The position numbers were made by a program, and so were the translations under genes. Shown here piece after piece: positions 38,541 to 47,457 of a stretch of DNA of 64,000 nucleotides (positions are counted from its first letter, which is position 1; every line of letters starts with the position of its first letter). Origin of the DNA: Candidatus Latescibacterota bacterium (GTDB lineage: Bacteria > Latescibacterota > UBA2968 > UBA8231); contig CBDFJF010000002.1 in the NCBI GenBank assembly GCA_965248265.1, forward strand, positions 2,528,001 to 2,592,000. Direction: 5' to 3'. The notes under the pieces were generated by a model, which was given only the letters and a program-made list of their open reading frames with translations, was not told the DNA's origin and did not search any database.

Positions 38541-38897
38541 ATGTATAGCGAATCGGTCTGCGGCCTGATTGCCCTGGTACTGTGGGCACTCGCCATCGTC
38601 GCGCGAGTCGGCAGTGTGAGGCTGACGGCCGCCGCCAGACGTCATCTGCACCTGCTGGAACAGCGCAAGGTCGCATTGGCGAAAACACTGCTGGCGCTGC
38701 GTGGAGAAAGGGAGCTGCTCGACCGAAATCAGGCGCGGGCGAGCCTGGACCATTCGGCGGCATGTGAGGATGTGGCCTTGTTGCGTGGACAACTCGAGGA
38801 GCTGCGACAGGGAACCCAACGGCGCAATGACAGGATCGCGCGCCGCATCGCCACGCAACACCATGTGTGCCCCCAACAGATCGAAGCAGTCCCCTAA
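38541..38897 (+). CDS. Small protein with N-terminal TM helix and coiled coil
   Basis: ATG after AAGGTGG; GLIALVLWALAIV followed by Leu-heptad helix. Confidence 0.6.
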   Translation: MYSESVCGLIALVLWALAIVARVGSVRLTAAARRHLHLLEQRKVALAKTLLALRGERELLDRNQARASLDHSAACEDVALLRGQLEELRQGTQRRNDRIARRIATQHHVCPQQIEAVP

Positions 38898-38898
38898 G

Positions 38899-38970
38899 CA
38901 TTCAGAAGTTTCGGTCGGAATCGGATGGCTGTCATCAAACACAGCCATCTGCGCTGCATCCTCGACGGAT
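38899..38970 (+). repeat. Repeat A, copy 2
   Basis: 69/72 identical to 21595..21666; ends in ACGGAT. Confidence 0.92.
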
Positions 38971-38999
38971 CCTTGTAGCTCAGGCAGGGGAAACCGGTC

Positions 39000-39033
39000 G
39001 CCGGGACGCCACCCGCGAGAGTGGCATCCCGGC
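39000..39033 (-). terminator. Strong hairpin after the EF-hand gene
   Basis: GCCGGGACGCCAC-N8-GTGGCATCCCGGC. Confidence 0.5.
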
Positions 39034-39055
39034 AACCAGCTGAGGGAGGGATGTT

Positions 39056-39784
39056 CTACGGACCGCCAGTCGGGTAGTCGACGTAGCTGAACGTGAATAC
39101 GGCCGCTGGTATACCAGACTCGATCAGTTCGACGTGGTAGATACCCGGGCCCAGGACCAGAGACTCGAACACCGCCTGCGCATCCTCCTGCATGGAATGC
39201 CAGATTACCGGCGGCGGCTCGCTCGGAGGATCGGTCTCCTCGATGATCTGGAACTCATTTGCCATGGTCTCGAGGTCACCACCGGTCACTTCCAGGTGGA
39301 AGCAACCACCTTCCCGGGCTTCGGGGAGGGAGATGGCCATGGCGGTCGGGCCCGTCGCAATCGAGATGCTGAACTCCACGTGATTGCCGATGAAGTCGCC
39401 ACAAGGCGCACCCGGCTCACCTTCTGGCGGCTCGCCCTCGGGGGGTGGCTCGCCTTCGGGGGGAGGCTCCATGGGCTCCATGGGCGGGATGTGCACCCAG
39501 GCCACCCAGGCTCGCACTTCCTCATAGCTCAATCCGCCGCTGCCGTCGCTATCCATCATCGGGAAGGTTATCCCGAGGAGCCAGTCTTTGGCTGCCTCAG
39601 GGTCCATGGGGGGTTCGCCCACATCCTCAGGTGGTTCGGGTGGAGGTTCCCCTTCCCCGGGCGGTGGCGGCATGAGCGTTATCTGCGGCATGTCCTCCGG
39701 GGGCGGGCCTTCGTGCATGTCGGCTAGCAGCTGCCCGGTCATCAGCATCAATGCCCCTGCTGCGAGAATGATCTTCTTCATCAT
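39056..39784 (-). CDS. Secreted Pro/Glu-rich protein with one EF-hand
   Basis: Signal peptide MKKIILAAGALML..LLA; EF loop DSDGSGGLSYEE; PPPEGE repeats. Confidence 0.75.
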   Translation of the reverse strand: MMKKIILAAGALMLMTGQLLADMHEGPPPEDMPQITLMPPPPGEGEPPPEPPEDVGEPPMDPEAAKDWLLGITFPMMDSDGSGGLSYEEVRAWVAWVHIPPMEPMEPPPEGEPPPEGEPPEGEPGAPCGDFIGNHVEFSISIATGPTAMAISLPEAREGGCFHLEVTGGDLETMANEFQIIEETDPPSEPPPVIWHSMQEDAQAVFESLVLGPGIYHVELIESGIPAAVFTFSYVDYPTGGP

Positions 39785-39970
39785 TGGCTCCTTGTAAAGG
39801 GGTTTAGGGTCGTGGATCTCCGGAATATCCCTCCCGTGCCGGATCCTTATTCAACCCTGATATGCGCTAACATAGGGCAGTTTCGACGATTTAGCGGTGC
39901 GAAAAATCACATTTCTGAAGCGAGATACCTTCGGCCAATTCGTGAGAGAATCCTCCTCGCACCCCCGGGG

Positions 39971-41572
39971 CTATTTCGGCTGCATCCAGACTTCCACTTC
40001 GTCGATGACGATCTCCCCGGCGGCCTGAGGGTCCCCGCTTGTCAGCGTAATGCTCAGTCGGTTCTCTCCGTACAGCATCGCCTCGGGGGGAACCGGGTAC
40101 CATCGCACATCGGGTGGTTGGTTGATCATATAAGTGGCATCGGACGAGCCCAGCAACGCCGACGCCATGGTCACGCCATTGAGCTGCACTTCCACTTCGT
40201 CCCGTTCGGTCAGGCTGCCCCGCAACAGCAGTGTGGCCTGGATTACGTGATCCATGTCTTCGTACAGCCGGAACGGGTACACACCCGATGGCTTCGGGTC
40301 GCTGCGATCAAGGACGACCCGAAGCGCCTCGGGCGCTCCGGTCTTCCAGCCATCCGGTCCGGAGTTCGCCTCCCGCTGCCAAGCCACCTGCTTCCACTTG
40401 TTCTCAGCCAGATCTCCCCCGGCCAGTCCCCCCCAGTTTTCCTCTGTGGGGTCGAAGACATAGTGCCGCTCGCCGCTTGCCACCTTCTGCGGGTCGCGCA
40501 GCTCGTGGAATATCTGCAAGGCCTGCGGATAGAACGGGGGAAAGCGCAAGTAGCCGACGTAGTGGTTGTAAATGGAGATCCCGTCGGCGCCTGCTCCATA
40601 GAAGGTATGGGCCAGCGCCCTGCAGTTAGACGGAGTCATCGTACTCTTCATTATCCGCCGTCTGCGGTCACTGATCCACGGGTGCAGTCCCGGATACAGC
40701 ATGCATTGGCTGTCTCGGGTGAGGGCGCCGAATTCCGCGTAGCCGGCGTTGAAGTCGGAGTACATGGTGTTTTCCGGGCAGAGACAATCTATCAGACCCT
40801 CATCGATCCAGGTCGACACATCGAGTCCCTTGTCCAGACACTCATCGAGCGTGGAGAACACGCGGGCCCCCAAGGTCAACCGCCGGCCGTTGCTGCGCTC
40901 GTCCAGCAGGCCGCGCAGGCGCCGGACCAGATCGGTCATCAGGTGGGCGCGCTGCCTCCCCTCGGGAATCGGGAAGTAGGCCGGCTCCCGGAAGGTCAGT
41001 TCCATGCCATCGATGTCGAAGCGGTTTAGTAGCTCCTCTGCTACTTCGATGACGAGCTCGCGCACTCCGTCGAAGGTGTAGTCGAGGATCCGTCCCTCAT
41101 ACAGATCCCGGTTGGGCCCGGGCTCACGCGTATCCGGCAGCCACCACTCCGGGTGTGAATCGACGAACTCGGCGCGGTCGGGGAAGTGAGCAAGTCCGTG
41201 GTTGTCGTTCATGCGAAACCCGGCCACGAATGCCATGCCGCGTTCGTGACTCTGGTCGAGAAGCACCTGCAGGGGTTGGATGCCCGCATCCAGCATGGGC
41301 AGAAACCGCTTGTGCTGCCGTCGCGGGTCGTACTGAAACTGGTCTGACCGCCAGTAGACCGTGCACCCCTTGTGATAGGCATCCTGCTGGAAGACGTCGA
41401 CGCCACTGTCGGCGACCATATCCACCCACCGCCGAAGTTCGTCAGCCTCTGCCGGGTCGGACAGCAACCCGACGGCGATGCTGGACGGATCGCTCACAAA
41501 GTGGATACGCTGGGTGCCGCGTGGAGCGATCGGCACCTCGGCCTCGCCTGGCCTGTCTTGAGACGGATTCAC
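39971..41572 (-). CDS. Glycoside hydrolase-like TIM-barrel protein (GHL10-like)
   Basis: GFRMNDNH, HPEW, LDYTFDGVR, IDGMELTFRE, GADGISIYN; GTG 41572 after GGAGGAG. Confidence 0.65.
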   Translation of the reverse strand: MNPSQDRPGEAEVPIAPRGTQRIHFVSDPSSIAVGLLSDPAEADELRRWVDMVADSGVDVFQQDAYHKGCTVYWRSDQFQYDPRRQHKRFLPMLDAGIQPLQVLLDQSHERGMAFVAGFRMNDNHGLAHFPDRAEFVDSHPEWWLPDTREPGPNRDLYEGRILDYTFDGVRELVIEVAEELLNRFDIDGMELTFREPAYFPIPEGRQRAHLMTDLVRRLRGLLDERSNGRRLTLGARVFSTLDECLDKGLDVSTWIDEGLIDCLCPENTMYSDFNAGYAEFGALTRDSQCMLYPGLHPWISDRRRRIMKSTMTPSNCRALAHTFYGAGADGISIYNHYVGYLRFPPFYPQALQIFHELRDPQKVASGERHYVFDPTEENWGGLAGGDLAENKWKQVAWQREANSGPDGWKTGAPEALRVVLDRSDPKPSGVYPFRLYEDMDHVIQATLLLRGSLTERDEVEVQLNGVTMASALLGSSDATYMINQPPDVRWYPVPPEAMLYGENRLSITLTSGDPQAAGEIVIDEVEVWMQPK

Positions 41573-41659
41573 GGAGCTCCTCCCTTTCGTATTCATGTGC
41601 GCCTACCCACCGGGCCTGAACGGCTGGCACCGATGCACACAGATGCGGCGCTTTGGCTT

Positions 41660-43195
41660 TCACCGTTGGAACATCAAATCCAGATTCTTCGATATGTACG
41701 TCAGAATGACCCCGCGACGCGGCTTCTCGTTCATCCACGGATAGGCGCCGTGCGTCTGTGCCGCCCCCATGAACAGAAGCACGTCTCCCGTCTCCATCTC
41801 TACGTGCCTCACCTCATCCATCTCCTCCTCGCACAGAGCCAGACGTTCCGGAATCGGATGGTTGGCCTTGTGACTCCCCGGGATGCAGACATAACCGCCG
41901 TCTCCGGCTTTGACGTCGCACAGCTGCCATGTCGCGTTCACCTGCTCGCTGTAGCATCGGCCGTTCTGCAGTGCATACCGATTCCGGGGCGTTGCAGGTT
42001 CGGGCGTACTGTGAAGGAAAAGCCCTGACGTGCCCCTGTCGTAATGAATGCCTCGAGCCCGTCGCAAGTAATACCCGCTGCCCATCATCCAATTGAGCCG
42101 TTGAATCACCGCCGGATGCGCGATCATCTCGCGGAACGGATCGCAGTAGGGATGTGGTAGATCGAACAAGCCGTGGAGCGACGGCAGCGGTGTCCCGGCC
42201 AGACGCTTGGATCCGCGGGTCGCGTCGTTTTCATACTCCAGCCGATCCGAGAACCGGTCGATCGCCTCGTTCGCGGCCGTCACCCACGACTCGTCCATCA
42301 GGCCGCGAAGGACGAGATAGCCGCACAGGTCCCAGAAGTAGAGCTCCTTCTCGTCGATTTCCGAATCGGGATCGCGGACATGGATTGATGGATGAAAGCC
42401 TTCCGCATCTTCTTCAATCGAGGTAGCCTTTCCATCCGATTTCACCACGGACCTGTTCGTGTCGATCGACAGAACAACACGCTGTTCGGGCGTCATCTCA
42501 TCCACCCACGTCGCCTTCTCTCCCTCCTCGATCGCGTTATCCGATCGTCGCACCAATCCGCCGATGTAGCCGTAGCTCAGAAGACGCTTCGGTTCCGCTT
42601 TCCACGGTCGCACGCCGTGAAGCAGGGTCTGGGCACACAGAAGCAGATCCCCCGCCCCGAGCGCCGGTTGTTCGACCAGCCCCATGTCGTCCGATCCGTC
42701 GCGAATATCGGCCGGCACGATGAGGTCGGACCGATGGCTACCCGGAATCAGGACGAATCCTCCGTCTCCTTCATTCACGTCCGACAGCGCCCAGATCACT
42801 AGAACGCCGTGGAGATATCGGGTTTTGTTGACGTGCTGGTATGCCCTTGACCAGTTTCGCGGCTCGTTCCCCCCGACCAGAGGTCGACACGCTACTTCCG
42901 GTCGCTGTTCAATCAGCCGAGGCGGCGCATCCAGTCTGACGTCGCCCCAACACAGCTGATCGAGAATCTGCGTCAGGGCTGGATGATCCCGAAGCTTGAC
43001 GAACGGATCGCGCCATGGTTCCTCCCATTCCAGCATCCCCACAGTTTCGGCCGTTTCGTCCAGTGCGCGGTTACAGGCGCCGACCTCTTCGGCGTTCAGC
43101 ACGTTTCGCACGATCAGGTAGCCTGCGACGTCGAGGCGATAGTCGTCTTCGTGGCTCATTGATTTCGAATCGATGGTCATCTCGCGGAACTGCAT
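41660..43195 (-). CDS. Tandem two-domain phytanoyl-CoA dioxygenase (PhyH) family protein
   Basis: Two repeats: YRLDVAGYL / YFWDLCGYL, GGFVLIPGSH / GGYVCIPGSH, GDLLL..LHG / GDVLL..THG. The start may be up to 12 codons later. Confidence 0.85.
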   Translation of the reverse strand: MQFREMTIDSKSMSHEDDYRLDVAGYLIVRNVLNAEEVGACNRALDETAETVGMLEWEEPWRDPFVKLRDHPALTQILDQLCWGDVRLDAPPRLIEQRPEVACRPLVGGNEPRNWSRAYQHVNKTRYLHGVLVIWALSDVNEGDGGFVLIPGSHRSDLIVPADIRDGSDDMGLVEQPALGAGDLLLCAQTLLHGVRPWKAEPKRLLSYGYIGGLVRRSDNAIEEGEKATWVDEMTPEQRVVLSIDTNRSVVKSDGKATSIEEDAEGFHPSIHVRDPDSEIDEKELYFWDLCGYLVLRGLMDESWVTAANEAIDRFSDRLEYENDATRGSKRLAGTPLPSLHGLFDLPHPYCDPFREMIAHPAVIQRLNWMMGSGYYLRRARGIHYDRGTSGLFLHSTPEPATPRNRYALQNGRCYSEQVNATWQLCDVKAGDGGYVCIPGSHKANHPIPERLALCEEEMDEVRHVEMETGDVLLFMGAAQTHGAYPWMNEKPRRGVILTYISKNLDLMFQR

Positions 43196-44248
43196 CAGCC
43201 AGGCGGGCCTCCCGCGTGATAGACGACATCATCTCCGAACCGCTTTCTTCCCTTTGCTGCGGGCCCGACGATATCCAGTTGCCCCCTGCCCATTACGGCT
43301 TCGCGAGATCCATCCCGCATAGGGTCTGCGTACCGCACGAACCAGGTTTCCAGATCCTCCTTCAGCCGTTCAACCACAAGCTGGTGTTTTGACTGATCGA
43401 TGAGATTCTCCCGTTCATCAAGATCATGCACCAGATCGTAGAGTTCATGCGGGCCGTATGGATACCGATGGATATATTTCCAGGCGGCCGATCGAACCAT
43501 ACGCGTTGGCCCGTATTCGTCAAATACGACCACAGAATCATGGCCCTCCGAATCCCGTCCCTGCAGCAAGGGTGCGAAACTCCGTCCGGGAAGCGAATCA
43601 GCCTGAGAGTGCGCGATATCCAAGTAGTCGAGCAAGGTAGGCATGATGTCGTAAGGCTGTAAAGCGACTGGATGACCCGCCGCTGAGGTACATGCTCCGG
43701 ATGGGAGATCAGTGTGGGCACTTTCACAGAGGTATCAAACATGTTGGGCGGGAACGTGCCATTGCCTTTTCCGTAGATGCCGTGCTCTGGTAGGCCTTGC
43801 CATCCCGAATCATCGGCGCCTTGTAGTACGGTCCGCCACCGTTTGCGTGAACGTCCCAGAATGTGAAACCCTTTTGCGGTTTCTCCGAATAGCCTAAATG
43901 CCACTTTCCACTCAAGCCGCACACATAGCCTTGTTCGGCCAATAGATCAGTATAGGCGGTTTGACCATGCAGGTACTCGATGCCAGAATCACCCGGTCCG
44001 TAAACGCCTGAGTTACCGGCACGCAAGAAATCCTGAACCCCGTGCTGAGATGGAATGCGCCCGGTCAAAATAGAAGCACGAGCTGGCGAGCAAACCGGCG
44101 AGGCACAGAAAAAATGCTCGAAACGTAAACCAGTCGCCGCCAGCCGATCGAGGTTAGGCGTGTGAATTTCTGCATTCCCCGCACAACCCATTGCCCAATA
44201 GCCCTGGTCGTCGGTCAGAATGAAAAGAAGATTGGGTGTTCGTGACAT
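43195..44248 (-). pseudogene. Sulfatase pseudogene (internal deletion plus frameshift)
   Basis: PNLLFILTDDQG, CSPARASILTG and GKWHLG, then a jump at about 43787 to HGIYGKGNG in another frame; a second 1-nt loss at about 43655 (S[H]YDIMPT). Confidence 0.85.
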
Positions 44249-44254
44249 GAAGTT

Positions 44255-45814
44255 TTACATGTACTTCACATGCACGTCTACGTGGTCGATGGTCAGGGGG
44301 ACGCTGATTCGACGATCTCGATTGATCAGGACGACCTTGACGATGTGCAACCCCTTGGCGAGCTGATCGGGTTCCAGGCCCCAGACCAGCCACTTGTTCT
44401 CCGACACCCTTGGGGGGGCATCGTCGTTTTCGGCCACGTCGACGATGGCCGGGGGGGCGAGGGCGTGGCCGTCGAGGCTGACCTCAACTTCGTCCTGTGG
44501 TGCCCAATGTGCGATCTCGATGTGGAGTTGCAGCGCCGTGACGTCAGCTGCTAGTGCTACCACGTCGTCGTGCATGGAAAGCTTGAAGGTCGGACCATCC
44601 CCGGTGAGGGTCGGCATAAGCACCGCTGCCGTTTCACCGTAGATGCGATCGTTCACGGCGTTCGGCCCGACACCGTCGACGTAGGTCGGACCACGACGCA
44701 GCACCGAGTACAGTTTGTCCTTTTTTTCCAGCGTTTCCAGCGTTCCCATGCTCTTGAGCAGGGGGCTCCAGTCATCCTTCTTCGGGAACCAGTTGAAGCA
44801 GTAGACTCCATCCCCGCCCTGGTCGAGGTAGCTGGCGGCGGTGGCTCTGAAGAAACCGTCCCGCCACTGGGTGTAGGTGATCAACCGGGCACCATCCTGC
44901 CGGTAGGTGCTGTCGAAACCACCATACAGTCGGATGCCGGTGCCATCCGTGTGTCGCTTGAACTCGCTCACCTCGAAGCCCGGATCGGTGGCTGAGCCGC
45001 CGGCGCCGATGATGATGTCACACAGGCCATCCACCGTCCATTGCGGAATGTCATAGCCGATGCGCCGGCACGATTCCAACGTCGTGGCCACGCGCACGGC
45101 GACATGGAAGGGGCGGCCCTTTTCGGTGGCGATGTCGTCGGCCATCTGCCGGAGGGCACGCTGCAGATCGGTGAGGGTGTAGCGCAATCGGTAGGCATCG
45201 AATTGGGGCAGGTGATGGGGGTGCCGCTGCCAATCGATCTCGACGCCATCCCAGTCAGCCTGGTCGCAGGCCTCGCGGATATAGGAGAGCTTGTGCTCGC
45301 GGACTCCCACGTTGGCCATGTTCCATGAGCCTACACCTCGTTGCTCGGGCACATCATCGACATCCAGGAGCCATTCGGGATGGTCCTGCCGCAGCCTGGT
45401 GCCTTTGTTGAGCTTCTTGAACTCGTGTGGGCGGGTGTTGTAGAAGTGGTTGTCATTCATCCGCATCGAGACGTACACGTGCATACCGAGCTCGTGTCCG
45501 CGCTCGACCATGCCCTGATACGGATTTTCTCCCTTTTCGAAGAGGTTCCACACATTCTCGTCGTGGCGCATGGCGCGGATTGAATTGTAAGTCCGGCCGC
45601 TGCTTTCCCCGGCGCGCTCGTTGTTCTGGGCGGGAAACAGCGCTGCGTGACTGCCGATGCTCCAGAACATGGCGTCGACCTGGGTGCCTTCGAGCGAGGC
45701 GAAGGTCTCGTCGACGATCTGCTCCGTTGACTGCGGATGCTCGCCGTAGGCCAGGCTGTCACCGTCCCAGTTGAAGATGATCCTGTACCGTGGTGGCTGT
45801 GTTCTCTTGTTCAT
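44255..45814 (-). CDS. Glycoside hydrolase-like TIM-barrel protein (GHL10-like), close paralog of 12855..14405
   Basis: YRIIFNWDG, RMNDNH, WDGVEIDWQRH, NDRIYGE. Confidence 0.65.
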   Translation of the reverse strand: MNKRTQPPRYRIIFNWDGDSLAYGEHPQSTEQIVDETFASLEGTQVDAMFWSIGSHAALFPAQNNERAGESSGRTYNSIRAMRHDENVWNLFEKGENPYQGMVERGHELGMHVYVSMRMNDNHFYNTRPHEFKKLNKGTRLRQDHPEWLLDVDDVPEQRGVGSWNMANVGVREHKLSYIREACDQADWDGVEIDWQRHPHHLPQFDAYRLRYTLTDLQRALRQMADDIATEKGRPFHVAVRVATTLESCRRIGYDIPQWTVDGLCDIIIGAGGSATDPGFEVSEFKRHTDGTGIRLYGGFDSTYRQDGARLITYTQWRDGFFRATAASYLDQGGDGVYCFNWFPKKDDWSPLLKSMGTLETLEKKDKLYSVLRRGPTYVDGVGPNAVNDRIYGETAAVLMPTLTGDGPTFKLSMHDDVVALAADVTALQLHIEIAHWAPQDEVEVSLDGHALAPPAIVDVAENDDAPPRVSENKWLVWGLEPDQLAKGLHIVKVVLINRDRRISVPLTIDHVDVHVKYM

Positions 45815-47070
45815 GAAGCCTGGCCCTCCCAGACCGGTGGTTTGTCGAAATAGCTTTGATCACCGAAATAGCAATGCATGCCATACATGTCTTTGCTGCC
45901 CTGCTCCCAGACAATGCCGGCTTCGGCATACGCCGTACCGGCCCCGTGAGATGGCGGGCTGTACTCTGGATGACTCAACTGGTCCGCCCGGTACCAGACC
46001 GCGCGATTTTCAAGCGAGCGGGCCCGGCGTTCGCCGTCGGGCACCCAGTGAACGACGCGTTTGTTCTCCAGTTGCTTGTCTACGCCGGGGCCGTGCTCGG
46101 TTACGGCGTGAAGCTCGGCAGGTGTGAGCTGCTGCAACTCTTTCGTTGACAGTGGTACTCCGTCGCGGATGAACATGGCATCGAAGTTGGGATCGACCAT
46201 CGCCCACTTCTCGTGCTCCTGCGACCACCATTCCGCGGTGAAATGACCATCGGACTTGCCCAGCTTGCCGGCCCAGATGGCACAGCGGCCGGGGATGCCG
46301 ATGGCCTGGACGGCGTTGGCGAAACTGACGCCGAAAAAGATGCAGTTTGCGATCGGACGCAGGCCGTTGTGGCCGATTTGATCAGGCGCCCAGGCCAGAA
46401 TGGTTTCGGGATCCCAGGGAGTGCAGACGACACCCAGGTCAGGCCCCCAGGGGGTGTGTTCCCAACTGGAGCCGAGCCAGGTGGAAATGGCGCGCACACG
46501 CTGCAGAGTCGGTAGCGACTCATCAAGCGCCTGTGCCGGCAGGATCTCTCGTAATGATGCCAACCTCGGGTGCTCGGGATCATTGAAGACCATCTGCGGT
46601 GGGGCCGGATCCACGCCCTCGGCCAGCCTGACGCGCACGACGTACTCGCCTCTGAACGTATTGAGGTAGCCCATGTGGTCGTTGCGCCAGGTGGTGCCGG
46701 CGTCATCGGTGATGAAGCTGCGCGGATCGGCGTGGCCAGGCTCGATCGCCAGTGACCAGGCGTTCATCGGTTTGGCGTCGCACCACAAATCGATGGTGTT
46801 TTCACCCCCGATGAATAGGCCCGGCTCTATATCAACTGTATACCACCAGTGAAGAGGCAATTCGGGTGATACCGGGGCGATCTCTTTACCATTTACGGAG
46901 ATGCGCAGGGGGAGCACGGAATCGGGCCAGGCCCGGGCCATGAAGTACAGCTTGGCGGCGGAAGTGGTGGCCTCGAGGTGGAGGGATTTGCGCGCGCGCC
47001 GGAAGGTCGTCAACTCCTCGGCGAGCGTGGGAATGACGTGACCGCTCTCAGTGTGGTACAGCTTGCTCAT
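45811..47070 (-). CDS. Transglutaminase-like (Cys-His-Asp) domain protein
   Basis: ANCIFFG..AIGIPGR..GHFTAEWW..KWAMVDP; ATG 47070 after GGAG. Confidence 0.7.
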   Translation of the reverse strand: MSKLYHTESGHVIPTLAEELTTFRRARKSLHLEATTSAAKLYFMARAWPDSVLPLRISVNGKEIAPVSPELPLHWWYTVDIEPGLFIGGENTIDLWCDAKPMNAWSLAIEPGHADPRSFITDDAGTTWRNDHMGYLNTFRGEYVVRVRLAEGVDPAPPQMVFNDPEHPRLASLREILPAQALDESLPTLQRVRAISTWLGSSWEHTPWGPDLGVVCTPWDPETILAWAPDQIGHNGLRPIANCIFFGVSFANAVQAIGIPGRCAIWAGKLGKSDGHFTAEWWSQEHEKWAMVDPNFDAMFIRDGVPLSTKELQQLTPAELHAVTEHGPGVDKQLENKRVVHWVPDGERRARSLENRAVWYRADQLSHPEYSPPSHGAGTAYAEAGIVWEQGSKDMYGMHCYFGDQSYFDKPPVWEGQAS

Positions 47071-47202
47071 GGTAGCTCCAGGTAACTGCGAGTTGTGAAC
47101 GATATCGTCAGTGTTCCCGATTGTCAAAGAGTGACTCCCTGCGATCTCCGGTCCAGCAGCTTCCAAGGGCACCGGTAGGCGGCGCAGCGGGACAGGAAGG
47201 GA

Positions 47203-47364
47203 ATGCCGGCAGATCGACCAGTGGTGCAGGCAGGGTTCGGCTCGAAGGTCCGATATTCCCGAGAGAAAGCCTGCCGGCTTCTCGGCTACGAGCCCGAGGT
47301 CGAGTTCGCCGAGGAGATGAAGTTGACCGAAGCGTGGGCGCGGGCGTCAGGGCTCTTGCCCTGA
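47203..47364 (+). pseudogene. Remnant of the C-terminus of an NAD-dependent epimerase/dehydratase
   Basis: 53-codon frame ending YSREKACRLLGYEPEVEFAEEMKLTEAWARASGLLP*, typical of extended-SDR C-termini. Confidence 0.55.
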
Positions 47365-47457
47365 TCGGCCGGTGTGATGGCCAGATCTTGACCATGGTCT
47401 AACTCTGGTCTTACTCTGGATTTTTTGGACTTGCCCAGTAGAGCAGGACTCAATCCG

